Positions 1 through 9,900 of a DNA stretch of 64,000 nucleotides are shown here, in pieces. Each line of letters opens with the position of its first letter. The first letter of the stretch is position 1. Source of the DNA: Euglena gracilis. Lineage: Eukaryota. Location: positions 24,130,954-24,194,953 of the forward strand of contig CP154954.1 of assembly GCA_039621445.1 (NCBI GenBank), given 5' to 3'. The position numbers were made by a program, and so were the translations under genes. The notes below the pieces were generated by a model. The model made no database searches. It saw nothing but the letters and a program-made list of their open reading frames with translations, and was not told the origin of the DNA.

Positions 1-1631
1 TTGAGCCTCCAGGGAGCCTCCCCTGATCTCCCAGATTCCCGCCCCTCCCCCCCTGGCACAATGAAACAACTGACAACAAGACGCTTTTGTCCTGCTGTAA
101 ACGGCAAAAAACGTCTTTGAACCACGCATTACATTGCATGGCGGACTTTGAAAACGACTCCGAACCACGGCATAAATAATTGCCCAATTCAATTGCCCAA
201 TTCAACACTGTATTTCGCTTCCTCGTAGAAATGATCTGCCACAAAACTGGTTATTGAGCTTATGTTAACCCCCCCCCCCAAATAATACCCCCCCGGGGTA
301 TTATTTTTTTTTCCCGAAGTCCCGGCCCCAGAGGGGGGGGGTAATATTTGGGGGGGGGGGGGGGGGGTTAGTTAGGGAGCCCCCCAGAGGCCTGCCTTTG
401 CACCTCCTTAGCATGATTCTGCTTTTGCGTTGAGCTGGTTTTTTCTTCAGATGGAGGGGGGATCAGGCTTTGTTGTCTTCGGGGTGTTGGAAGGTGGGGG
501 GGTCAGAACCCCCTTCGATCGGTCCGGGGGGGGGGGGGCACCCCCACCTGAACAGTGGCGCGGTCTGGGCGACCAATTTTCGGCCTGGCCAACACACCCA
601 CCAAAAATGCCATTTTGGTCACTTTTTGGGCAAAATTTTTGTCAAAAATCACAAAAAGAACAAAGCGACGGAAGGAAAAACTTGATCTTTTGGGGGATCC
701 CAGGAATCCTCTAAAAGTGGGTCTGGAGCCCGGACCCCCCGGAGGGTTACAACCCCCCCACCTAAACCCCATACACCCTCCTTTTATCGAACCCAGGTGG
801 TTTTGGGGACCCAATTTAGGGGTCAATTATGGGGTCAAAAAAACTGGGTGTGGGGAAGCACAGGCCCTTTGGGGTTGGATACTGTCCCCCATTACAGGGA
901 GCAAACCTGACCCTCATGCCATTCTGACCAGATGGCGGTGAACATCTTGTGATTTGCTTTCCAAACAACGTTGTCAATTGTTCACCGTTGCTGAACTCTT
1001 TGCGCATTTTCATGCTGAAATATAAAAAAGACCTCTTGAATCGGTTGGGGCAGGATTTTTTATTAACTATGCGTGCATCACCAATTTTTTTTGTGTAATT
1101 TTGTGTGTAACTACAAATGGATCATGTGCTAGCATTTATGAACTGGGTGTGATGGGGCGTGACGGACAAGTTTTGCCATTTTTTGCCATTTTTGGTCATT
1201 TTTATGGTTTTCTCGTAACTCCGTCTGGCCCGAGAAACGGCCATTTTTCGGCCATTTTGGGCCTTTTTGGACCTAAAAATTGCGAAATACCCATTTTTCT
1301 TCGGGAATGAAGCAGAAATTAAGCAAAAATTCCAAGACCTAAAGCTCTTGAAATAGCCCCAGATATGCCCAAACCCAAGTTGAAGGAGAAAGTGCACGAA
1401 AGGGCGGAGGCACCCAGACTCGAACCAGGATTGTCTGCATCAAACGCTAACTATGTGGGGGCAATTTTCTAGCTTGGCGCCAATTTTGCAACACCTCGTG
1501 GGGGGTTTGGTTTAATTTTTTGTGGGGGTTTGGGGGACACAAAAAAAGTTCTTTTTGGGGGGGGGGTTTGGGAGGGCATTTTTATTTTGGGTGGGGGGTC
1601 CCAGAAAATTTGGAATGCTCATTTTTGTTTA

Positions 1632-1727
1632 CCTGGAGCCTCCACAGAGCCTCCCTGGAGGCTGGTTACCTGAGCCTCCCTGGAGCCTCCCTGGAGGCTG
1701 GTTACCTGAGGAGCCTCCCTGGAGCCT
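1632..1727. repeat. Short GAGCCTCCCTG(GAGGCTGGTTACCT) satellite patch
   Basis: Repeated ggagcctccctggaggctggttacctgagcctccc units; same motif as the array at 42910-43620. Confidence 0.85.
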
Positions 1728-3776
1728 TTGTTTGACGTTGAAGGGTTTCATGACCATGTTTAAAAGAAAAATCCTTCCTGTTTCTTTTGAGCTCCATCCA
1801 GAATAATTTCTAAATAAAATTGATCTAATTTTTTTTTTTGCGGTGTCTTTTAACTCTCCCAAATCCTATTTTTTCCCGCTTTTTGAAACCCCAATTTTTT
1901 GGCACCAAATGCCGAATTTTTGTCTATTTCAGATAAACTCAATGGGAATTTGTTTGCGTCACAGTTTTAACCAATTGGAAAATTGCCTGGGTATTCTTCG
2001 GCATTGCCCCCCCAAAAAACAAAAAAAACCCTTTGTGCCCATTCAAGCTGGTTTCCCCCCTCGTGCATTTTCCGGGGCTCCCCATCCTGCTCGGGTGCCT
2101 ATCCAGGTCGATGATGATCCTGTATCAGAGATACGGCAACTCACGTTTATCCATTGCGTACTCGTCATGCATTCATCCATCCATCCATTTCCCAAAGAAT
2201 CCGATTTATGATTCCCTCTTGTTCCGCGATTCCTGATTCAGCTCGGAAATCATGGTTAGGTCGTGGCTTATCCGTATGTGTGTGATCCCATGTTCACCTG
2301 TTTGATCCTGTGTTTATATCCTGTCCTGTGTCAAAAATATTATTTTGATACATAAAAAATATCCTACCCCGTATATATAACAAATACCTGTCCTATTTTT
2401 TCTTACCACTGGTGTATTGATGCTATTATCATTATTTTTATTTTTTTGTCTGACAACCTATGCTTTTCGGCCTTTGCTATCTATCCCACTTGTCCCCCTT
2501 TGGGTTCAAAGCCATATGCATCATCACCGATCAGAAGCGTCCTGCACTTGGGATGTAGGTTGAAAATTTCGGTGTTCACGGATCTCTGAAGGTAACCCAC
2601 TGCGGAACCAATTGCGGATGCATTATTTGGCGCCTCATTGTCATTTGATGCAAGTCTTGCGGGTGCAGAACAGTTTGCTCGCCAGGAGGAGGGGATGGCA
2701 ATGGGAGACGGCTTCTCAGACACGCAGAGTGAGTGTGCGGCCACTACAGTGACGTTTGGATTGACGCCACCACACCATGCTGCAACTATCACCACTGAAA
2801 GTCCCCCGAACGCACACGATGCAGAAGATCCAACGATCAGGACTGTGTGTCGCTGGGTTGTTGTGGACGATGCCGGTGCCACCACTCCGTGGGTAATGCA
2901 TTCCTCCCATTCCCAATATCCTCCTGCTCGCATGTGCAAAATCATTTAAAACTTTTGAGTCGGGCTGTGCAATGAATTTACGCCTGTTTGGGAACATGTT
3001 TTTGAGAGTGCTGCATATCCTAAGCCCCAGGACACTCGGTGCACGGGCTATGATGGCAGACCTTGTCGTTGGACCTTGAAAGGGTGGACTCGCCCTTACA
3101 CAGAGGTGGGCACGACCATGGTGCACGTTTTTCACTTTCAGAGGTCCATGTGCGTACAACATTCACGTCCAGGCAGCCCGCAAGTCTACCGTGCACTGGA
3201 TCCCACATTTAACGAAGAGATAAGTGATCCGCGTGTGCAAGTGTCATTCCCAGTGGTGGAGATTGGTTGCAAGTATTACACGTACGAGGTGTTGTTGTAT
3301 GTTCGCAACCTCGTCCTCACACACAAATATGGCGGTTCGCACATTCGGAATCTGTTGCACTCCTCTTGGGCAGCTGCCGCAGAAGCTGCGGCATTACACC
3401 ATCCGGGCACAGTCACTCTGGAGAAGCCGCTTGCAAAAGATATTCCTTGCGACCGCACACTGGACGCATTGGCGTTCTTCACCTGGCAGTCGCAATACAG
3501 TGCCAGTACCCTTGCAAAGGACTCCCTATTCGCGGAAGAAGCAATCTGTCTGCATCTGATGTGACCTACAAGGCGGGCAGTGGCATCTGGGTGCGGAATC
3601 CCGCAGGGGGAATGATCGAGCTGTCCTACATGGTTGCATCCATCCTGGGGTCCAATGGCGTTGCCTTGGCATACACGTTGATTCCCACTGAAAAGTGGGA
3701 GCACATTGCTCCGCTGTTTCGGCAAGTCTTCTAACTGTTGCATGGTATTTGCGAACCTCTGCAAATCTGGGTGGAT

Positions 3777-3970
3777 CAGCAGGCCCACGTGCACGTGCTC
3801 CCGGTGTTTTTTTTACTAGTTTTCCCGGCGACCTCTCTCACTGAGTCCTGTTTCCGGTGATTTTTTTGCTCTTTTACGGCCTTTCAAAACGGTCGCTATT
3901 TTTAACGCAGTCTTTCCTAAAGCATTTCCCATTTGGCGGGCTTCATTGCAAGGCAAACGGTCCTGGCGGC
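3777..3970 (+). other. Putative non-conventional (euglenid-type) intron 1
   Basis: No GT-AG. CAG at +4..+6 pairs with CTG at -8..-6 (CAGG/CCTG stem). Removal joins QIWVD to DYRKWH in frame. An alternative start at 3774 also fits. Confidence 0.6.
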
Positions 3971-4222
3971 GATTATCGGAAGTGGCACGTCAAGGTGTCC
4001 AACCTGGTGCATGAGTATTTTCCAGACACCACTTGCCAAGTGTGTCAAGATTACTGGCATTTCAAGCAGAATTTGACGAGTGGTTTGGACAAGACACATC
4101 CGTGGTATCGTGAATTCAATAAGGAGATGAGGCTGGTGCTGGTGCGCCTTCGCCTGCAAACCACCACGGACAGCGGACTCACTCCACTAACATCGGCCGA
4201 GGACTTGCGTGGCGCCTTGCAG

Positions 4223-4409
4223 ACTCACCATCTCGCTGCCGTGTTGCCAGCGTCATGTTTTTGGGTGAGGTTCCCTCTTGGGGTGATGATGGGATTTTTC
4301 TCCCTCTAATACGAATGCGCTCCTTCTCTGCCCTTGATAATAAGGAAGAAAACGCCCCTGAGTCGGGACCAGCTGTTGGGTTCCAAGGTAGACGCGAGGT
4401 GATGCTCAC
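4223..4409 (+). other. Putative non-conventional (euglenid-type) intron 2
   Basis: CACCATCTCGC from +4 pairs 10 of 11 (one G-U) with GCGAGGTGATG ending at -6. Removal joins LRGALQ to DLFQKY in frame with the downstream ORF. Confidence 0.6.
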
Positions 4410-4527
4410 GATTTGTTCCAGAAGTATTCCTGACCAACGGACCAATACAAGTTGGTGAGGGGGCCAGCCTTCCAGAGGCACTGTGATTTTTCCCTGGCTT
4501 CTGCGAAGGGTACCGCCTTGGACCTTG

Positions 4528-4955
4528 AGTGTTCGTCCAAAGCTTTCCCCTTTTTCCCTTTTTGGGACTTTCTGAAAAAGCCTTTCACTTTCGCCTTGGT
4601 GCGCAACCTACTTATGGTAGGGAAAAGTCTTTGGAGTAACAAAAAGTGGTTTTCCCCTTTTGTTCCCATTTCCCAAGAGGCAAAGCACAAGACAAAGACT
4701 TCAGAAGTTTTCGCTGAAGTCAAGTTCAGTTGTTTCGAGGGTTTTTCCCTCAGACAAAACCAATGGTGAAACTTTGGGACGATGACAGTAAAGAATAACA
4801 CCTGTGGGGGAAGGAGAGAAAAGTGCTGACGTGTCCAGGGGCAGATCCCAGAAGGGTCTGCCACGATCTTACCAACTGTGGTTTCCACAGTGGTGCGACC
4901 GTCACAGAACCCACTCTGCAGATATCCTACACAGCTGGGACGTGCCTGGTACACA
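4528..4955 (-). repeat. 3' LTR of element B1
   Basis: Direct repeat of 40297-40725 (roughly 18-20 differences by eye); preceded on the minus strand by PPT GGGAGGGGGA (4956-4965). Confidence 0.93.
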
Positions 4956-5978
4956 TCCCCCTCCCAGGGCTAGGCCCGATTTCCTTCATGGACCAGGGAT
5001 TCCCAGGGCCAGTCAGGATATCTGACGCTTCCTCGGTGGGGTTCACTTCTACTCCATTTGGTGTCTCTCCTTTCCGCACAGTGGCATCCACCCAAAGCCC
5101 AAAAACGTGCAAAAGGTTAGCCGCGTTTCGCGGTTACCTATTCGCCGTTTAGGCTTAGGTGGAGTGTGAAAAAGCCCACCGTAGGAAACGGGGCTGGCAT
5201 GTTTCCTGTCAAAGTATCCCATCCACCCACTTTGGGTGTGCCAAAGGCACGGGAGGTTGGTCAAGCGTATTCGCTGAAAACCCGAGGGGAGAGGTGTGGA
5301 AGGGGCGGGGGGCAGGCACCTATCCTGGTCATACCCGGATAGGGCTCCTAGGCGGTCATATCCGCACTAGGAAACAAAAGCCTACTTACAGAGCCGACTG
5401 CCGGCGACAGCTTTGCGGGGGTGGGGGGAAAGTAGGGAGGAGAGGGGGGCTGGCTTAGGCCAAAACAGAATTTTTGCTGTCTGGCAGCCTTAAGGGGCCT
5501 TAGGGCCGAAAAGTGACAAATTGGCCTATTATTACGGCGTGCGCGCTGTGTGCTGTGTGTCATTTAGAGGCTTGCCAAGTTTCCCGGCTGCCAAGGCCTT
5601 CACAGCAGCAGCTCCTTCACGACGTGATAAGAGGCGCTTACCTCCTGCAGACGGTTTCCGTCCGCACGGCCAATGTTGGAGGGGGGGGTGCTCATGGATG
5701 CTTCCATCCAGAGCTCGTGACAGACCTGGGTTCATCCCAAGGCTGCTTAGCGGTTTCCGCTACCAGTGTATTATCCTACAGGGGTGTCCAGGCTCCATGA
5801 ATGCGATTACCTTACATGGGGTCTGGTAATGCCGTTTCGGCATTATATCCTTTCCAACCGCCAGTAATCATGGCGGGAGTCCAAGGGATCTTCCACCAGG
5901 ACCATTCGGAACTGCTGTGGTGGTGGCCCGTCCACGAGCCAGGTTTCTGGCGATTCGTAGTCGAAGTCAGGTGCTACC

Positions 5979-6115
5979 TGCGGACTGTGCAGACTGCTGG
6001 CTCTGGTTATGTCTTTACATTGATTGTGTTACGTCTTTGGGGACAATTGGGATATCAAGAAAAATTGGGAATCCGAGGATTTCAATAAAAACAAAAGAAT
6101 ATTCTGAGACGTCCA
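5979..6115 (+). repeat. 5' LTR of element A (55-bp internal deletion)
   Basis: Matches 12764-12955 apart from loss of 12772-12826 and one substitution. Confidence 0.93.
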
Positions 6116-6119
6116 AAGT

Positions 6120-6131
6120 TGGTCGCAGAGG
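6120..6131 (+). promoter_or_regulatory. Primer-binding site, tRNA-iMet-like
   Basis: TGGTCGCAGAGG 4 nt after the LTR; one mismatch to the TGGTAGCAGA PBS of elements B and C. Confidence 0.7.
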
Positions 6132-6558
6132 TTTGTTGTTCCAATCGTCCAAGACGTCTTCGAGGAGATTCAACATTGTTTCACTGGTTATTGAAGTTCC
6201 AGAAGTTGGTGTTCCTGAAGGCAAGGTTAACCGAGTTGCTGGTACAGAACAACACCTTCAACAGGAAGTTGACATTGAGGCTGTGGTGAACAAGTTCACA
6301 GTGGAGAGTTTGTCAACAGTTGTTGTATTGGTTACTTGGTTGAGGAAGTTTGTAAGTGGTGCTGTTCACCTTGCTGTCCAGAACAAGATCCTGGTTGAGG
6401 CAAGATCTTCATCATCTTGCTGACCTGGTCCTGAACCCAGTGGTTGGTTTTCTGTTCTGGTTTCTTCAGTTTTTTGTGGGTTTTTGGGTTGGCCAGTGTT
6501 TCTGTTTCTCCCAGTTTTCAGAGCCAGTGGTTGAGTTTTTTGAAAGTGATCTGCAGAA

Positions 6559-7520
6559 ATGTCCTCCATTGAAGATTTGGAAAGAAGGTTGCAGGAATTG
6601 GAAATCAAATCAGCCAGCAGCAGTCAGTCTGTGTTTACCCCTGTGAACCCCATCACCCAGGTTGAAACATTTCTGAAGCAAATTGTGGAACCAAATTCCA
6701 GCAACCCCAGCCAAAGTTCAACCCAAAGTTCAAGATTACCCCCTGTGAAATTGCCTGAGTTTGATGGCACAAATTGGCCAGAGTTTTTGAAAGATTTTGG
6801 CAGATGGTTGAGGTTAACTGGTGCAGTTGCATTTGGAAATGTCCAGAAAAAGGATTGGCTGTTGGAATGTTGCACCCCCAAGGTGAAAAAACTGGTTGAA
6901 AAAGTGATGGATGAGAATGATGATTTTGAAAAAGTGCTGTTGGAAATTGCAAATTTGTTCCCAACACTGGAAAATGACATGACTTTGAGGTCTGCCATTG
7001 ACAAATTGCCAGCACTTTCCCAGAACCCTGAACCCCAAGACATCAAAAAACTTTTCATTGAATTGGACAATTTGTTGGCCAGGTTGAGCCCCCAGGCCAT
7101 GAGTGAACAAGAAAAGTTTTTGGTTTTGCTGAGGAAATTACACCCCAGAATGTATGCAGACATCAGGGCAGACAGATTTTACAAACATCGTTCTGAGACA
7201 TTCACAGATTTGAGAAAAAACAATTTTGGAGAAAAGTTCTGAAGATTGGTTGGAGAGGAATTTGCTGAAAAAAGAAAATCTCAGACCATTGATTGAAAGA
7301 CCCCCTGATCAATCTGAAAAAGTTGGTGAAAGTGTCCCAGAATCTGGAAAAGGTGGAAAATCTGGTGGAAAGGGGAAAGGCAAAGGAAAAGGCAAAGGCA
7401 AGGGTGAAAGAAAAGTTGATGACACCCCAGCCCCACGATTTGGAGCCACAATTTTCTGTCGATTTTGTCACAAAAAGGGGCATTATGAAGACAGATGTTG
7501 GTCAAAAGAAACGTTTGAAA
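6559..7520 (+). pseudogene. gag: Element A Gag (capsid-like region, KG repeat, CCHC knuckle); frameshifts in A-runs near 7215 and 7520
   Basis: VKLPEFDGTNWPEF gag motif; CRFCHKKGHYEDRC zinc knuckle. Confidence 0.85.
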
Positions 7521-7659
7521 AAAGAAGGCAGCAGCCCAGAAGGGGGCAGGCAAAGGGACCCCTTCGGTTCAACCCCAGGGAGTGCAAACCCAGGTTACCC
7601 TCCCGGGTGAGAACCCCAAAAAGAGAAAAGCTGATGCTTTGCAGTTGCTCCAGATGGTG

Positions 7660-7990
7660 TGTAAAACTTATCTTTTGCCAGTAAAGGTTTATGGAAAGGA
7701 AATTCAAGCTATTTTGGACACTGGGGCCACCATAACTGCAGTTTCTAAGAAATGTGTTCCAGAAAATAAAATTCAGCGAAGTGCTGCGGTACCCCTGCAG
7801 ATCGGCAACGGTGAGTACATCTTTTCCGAAGGAGTGTGTGAGGTGAGTTTGGAGTTGGGGCGAAAAACACTAAGACTTAAAGCGGTTGTGGTTGAAACAA
7901 ATGCCTTCGAGGCAGTTTTGGGGACTGACTTTACTGAAAGTGATTTTTTTGGTGGGTTGCTGACCAGACCCCCCAGAATCATCATTGACG
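7660..7990 (+). CDS. Element A aspartic protease domain
   Basis: AILDTGATITAVS and AVLGTDF motifs in ORF 7582-8358. Confidence 0.9.
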
Positions 7991-8059
7991 GTGAGGAGTT
8001 TTTACTTCAGAGCCATGATGGGGACCACACCATCAAAAGAATTTTCAGACTTTTCAAGA

Positions 8060-8500
8060 CAGAAAGCTACACTTTGGTGAAGCCAGTGAAGTCAAAAGCT
8101 TTGGATGAATTGAAGATTTCTGAGGGTCAGATTTGCATTGATCTTTTTACAAACCACCTGAACCACACCCAGTCTTTGTACATGACAAAAGGGAATTCAG
8201 CCTACAGGTATTCATGGGAAAGGTTGTTGTGTGACATTGGTGCTTCCAAGTTTCTGTGGGCAAACCCCCCCTTCAGCCAACTAAGCAAAGTGGTGACAAA
8301 GTTGTGCATTGAAGAAACAAAAATGGTCCTGGTGCACCCAGACTGGGTGGACCAGTAGTGGTCCCCCCTGCTGGAAAGGGTGACTGTGGCCAGGGTGAAA
8401 ATTTCAAGTGGGGTTCCCTTGTTTGTGGGTGACAGGTGCAAAAAGGTGCTGCCCTCCCCCCTGTGGAACACTTTTGTGAGTGTGGTGGACACTGTGCAAT
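8060..8500 (+). CDS. Element A DNA N6-adenine methyltransferase (Dam-like, DIRS-type) domain; in-frame TAG at 8356-8358
   Basis: IDLFT..LN, SAYRYSW, LWANPPF (NPPF at 8263-8274), KVVTKL, MVLVHPDW..Q*WSPLL: order and spacing of the DIRS/phage Dam motifs. Confidence 0.8.
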
Positions 8501-9189
8501 TCAAAGTGGATTTTGAGCTTTTGGACCCCAAAATTGTCAGTTGGCTCAGAAAAGTTTCAAGGAATTGGAGTTTGGATGAACTGAGAGGTGAGATCAGGAA
8601 GTATCCCACAGTGGATGATGGAATTCAAGTGGATTTCCCAGATGTTCCTGATGTTCCCCCCCTGCAGCAGGCAACCCAGCCTGCCAGCCCACCTGCAGAC
8701 AAGCAAGTTTTTGAAAGTCCAGGTTTTCCTTTGGAGAATGTTCCCCCCAAGGAATCAGATGAAAAGGTGAAAGAATGGTTGGACAATGTGGTGGTGTTTG
8801 AACCAATGAATGAGCATGAAAACATCAATTTTTTGGCTGAGTTGACCAAGGACATTGAAAGTGAGCTGAGTCTTTTTCAGGAGGTGAGAAAAGATGTGGA
8901 GGTGATGTTTTTCCAGCTGGCCCAGCCTGTGGAAGATGTTCAGTTTGCAAAACCTGTGAAAACTCCCAAGGCAACAATCAAGATGGATGAACTCAAAAGC
9001 ATTTCCCAAGTTTTGCATGAAAAGATTTGGACTTTGGAGGCCCAGAAAAAGGCTGATGAAAAAAGCAGCAAATTGTTCACTGAGAATCTGAGTGGAGAAT
9101 TTGAAAAAGAAGTTGAGAAATTCAGAGACCACCCCCGGGTGTATGAGCTTTTGGTGAAATTTTCTGATGTTTTTGGACCATTGCCCACA

Positions 9190-9900
9190 ATTTCTCAGTC
9201 CTCCCCCCTGCCAGTTTTGATGGACATTGAGCTAAAGCCTGAATGGGAAGGTAAACCCCTAAGGCAAAAGTGTTGGCCCATGCCCCAGGAGGATGAAAAA
9301 GAAATTGACCTTCAGTGTGAAGAATTGCTAAAGTCAGGGTTGATTGAGCAATTCCCAGTTGGTGAAATCCCCCAGGTGTGCAGCCCCACATTTTTGGTGG
9401 ACAAAAAAGGGTCAAGTACCAGAAGGATGGTCATCCATTATGGAAAATTGAATGCCAGAAGCAAGGCACATGCAGGTTATTTGCCAAGCATGGAGGTTTT
9501 GATTGAAAGTTTGGCCAAATGTCGCTGGAAAAGTACCCTGGACATGAGGAGTGGGTATTGGCAAATCCCAATCACAAAAAGAGCAGCAAATTTGTCTGCA
9601 TTTTGCATTCCTTCTGGGAGGTGTTTTCGTCCCAAAAGGATGATGTTTGGCCTAAGTAATGCTCCGGGAATTTTTCAGGAGCTGATGGAAATTCTAACCT
9701 CCCAATGCAAAACGGATTTGAGGGTGAGAGAGATTTTGAAGGATGGACACCTGGCTTCTTTTTTCGATGACACAGGGGTTTGTATCTTTTGGAAAAGTGG
9801 TTTGAAGTTTGCAGAAAGAACCAAGTGAGAATCAAATTGAGCAAATGTTCCTTTCTGAATCAGTCCATTGACTATTTGGGTTTCTCGTTGGGATGGGGAA
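9190..9900 (+). pseudogene. pol: Element A reverse transcriptase; small deletion and frameshift just after the catalytic motif
   Basis: SPTFLVDKK, RRMVIHYGKLN, LDMRSGYWQI, MMFGLSNAPGIFQ, FFDD, then KLSKC and IDYLG in the next frame. Confidence 0.9.

Larger units (their letters stand above)
2638..4527 (+). pseudogene. Mutator-like (MULE-type) DDE transposase, 5' part; two introns, stops and a frameshift
   Basis: Spliced translation gives SDVTYK (first D), QIWVD (second D) and QDYWHFKQN (C/D-x2-H motif). The frame continues at 40726 once the LTR element and one TSD are removed. Confidence 0.7.

Noticed and set aside
1403-1460. tRNA-like T-arm (GGTTCGAGTC) on the minus strand
   Set aside because: No D-arm or acceptor stem could be folded; at best a SINE/tRNA relic.
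7205-7530. Programmed gag-pol frameshift in element A
   Set aside because: Both shifts fall in A-runs with no in-frame XXXYYYZ heptamer; simple indels or sequencing errors are more likely.
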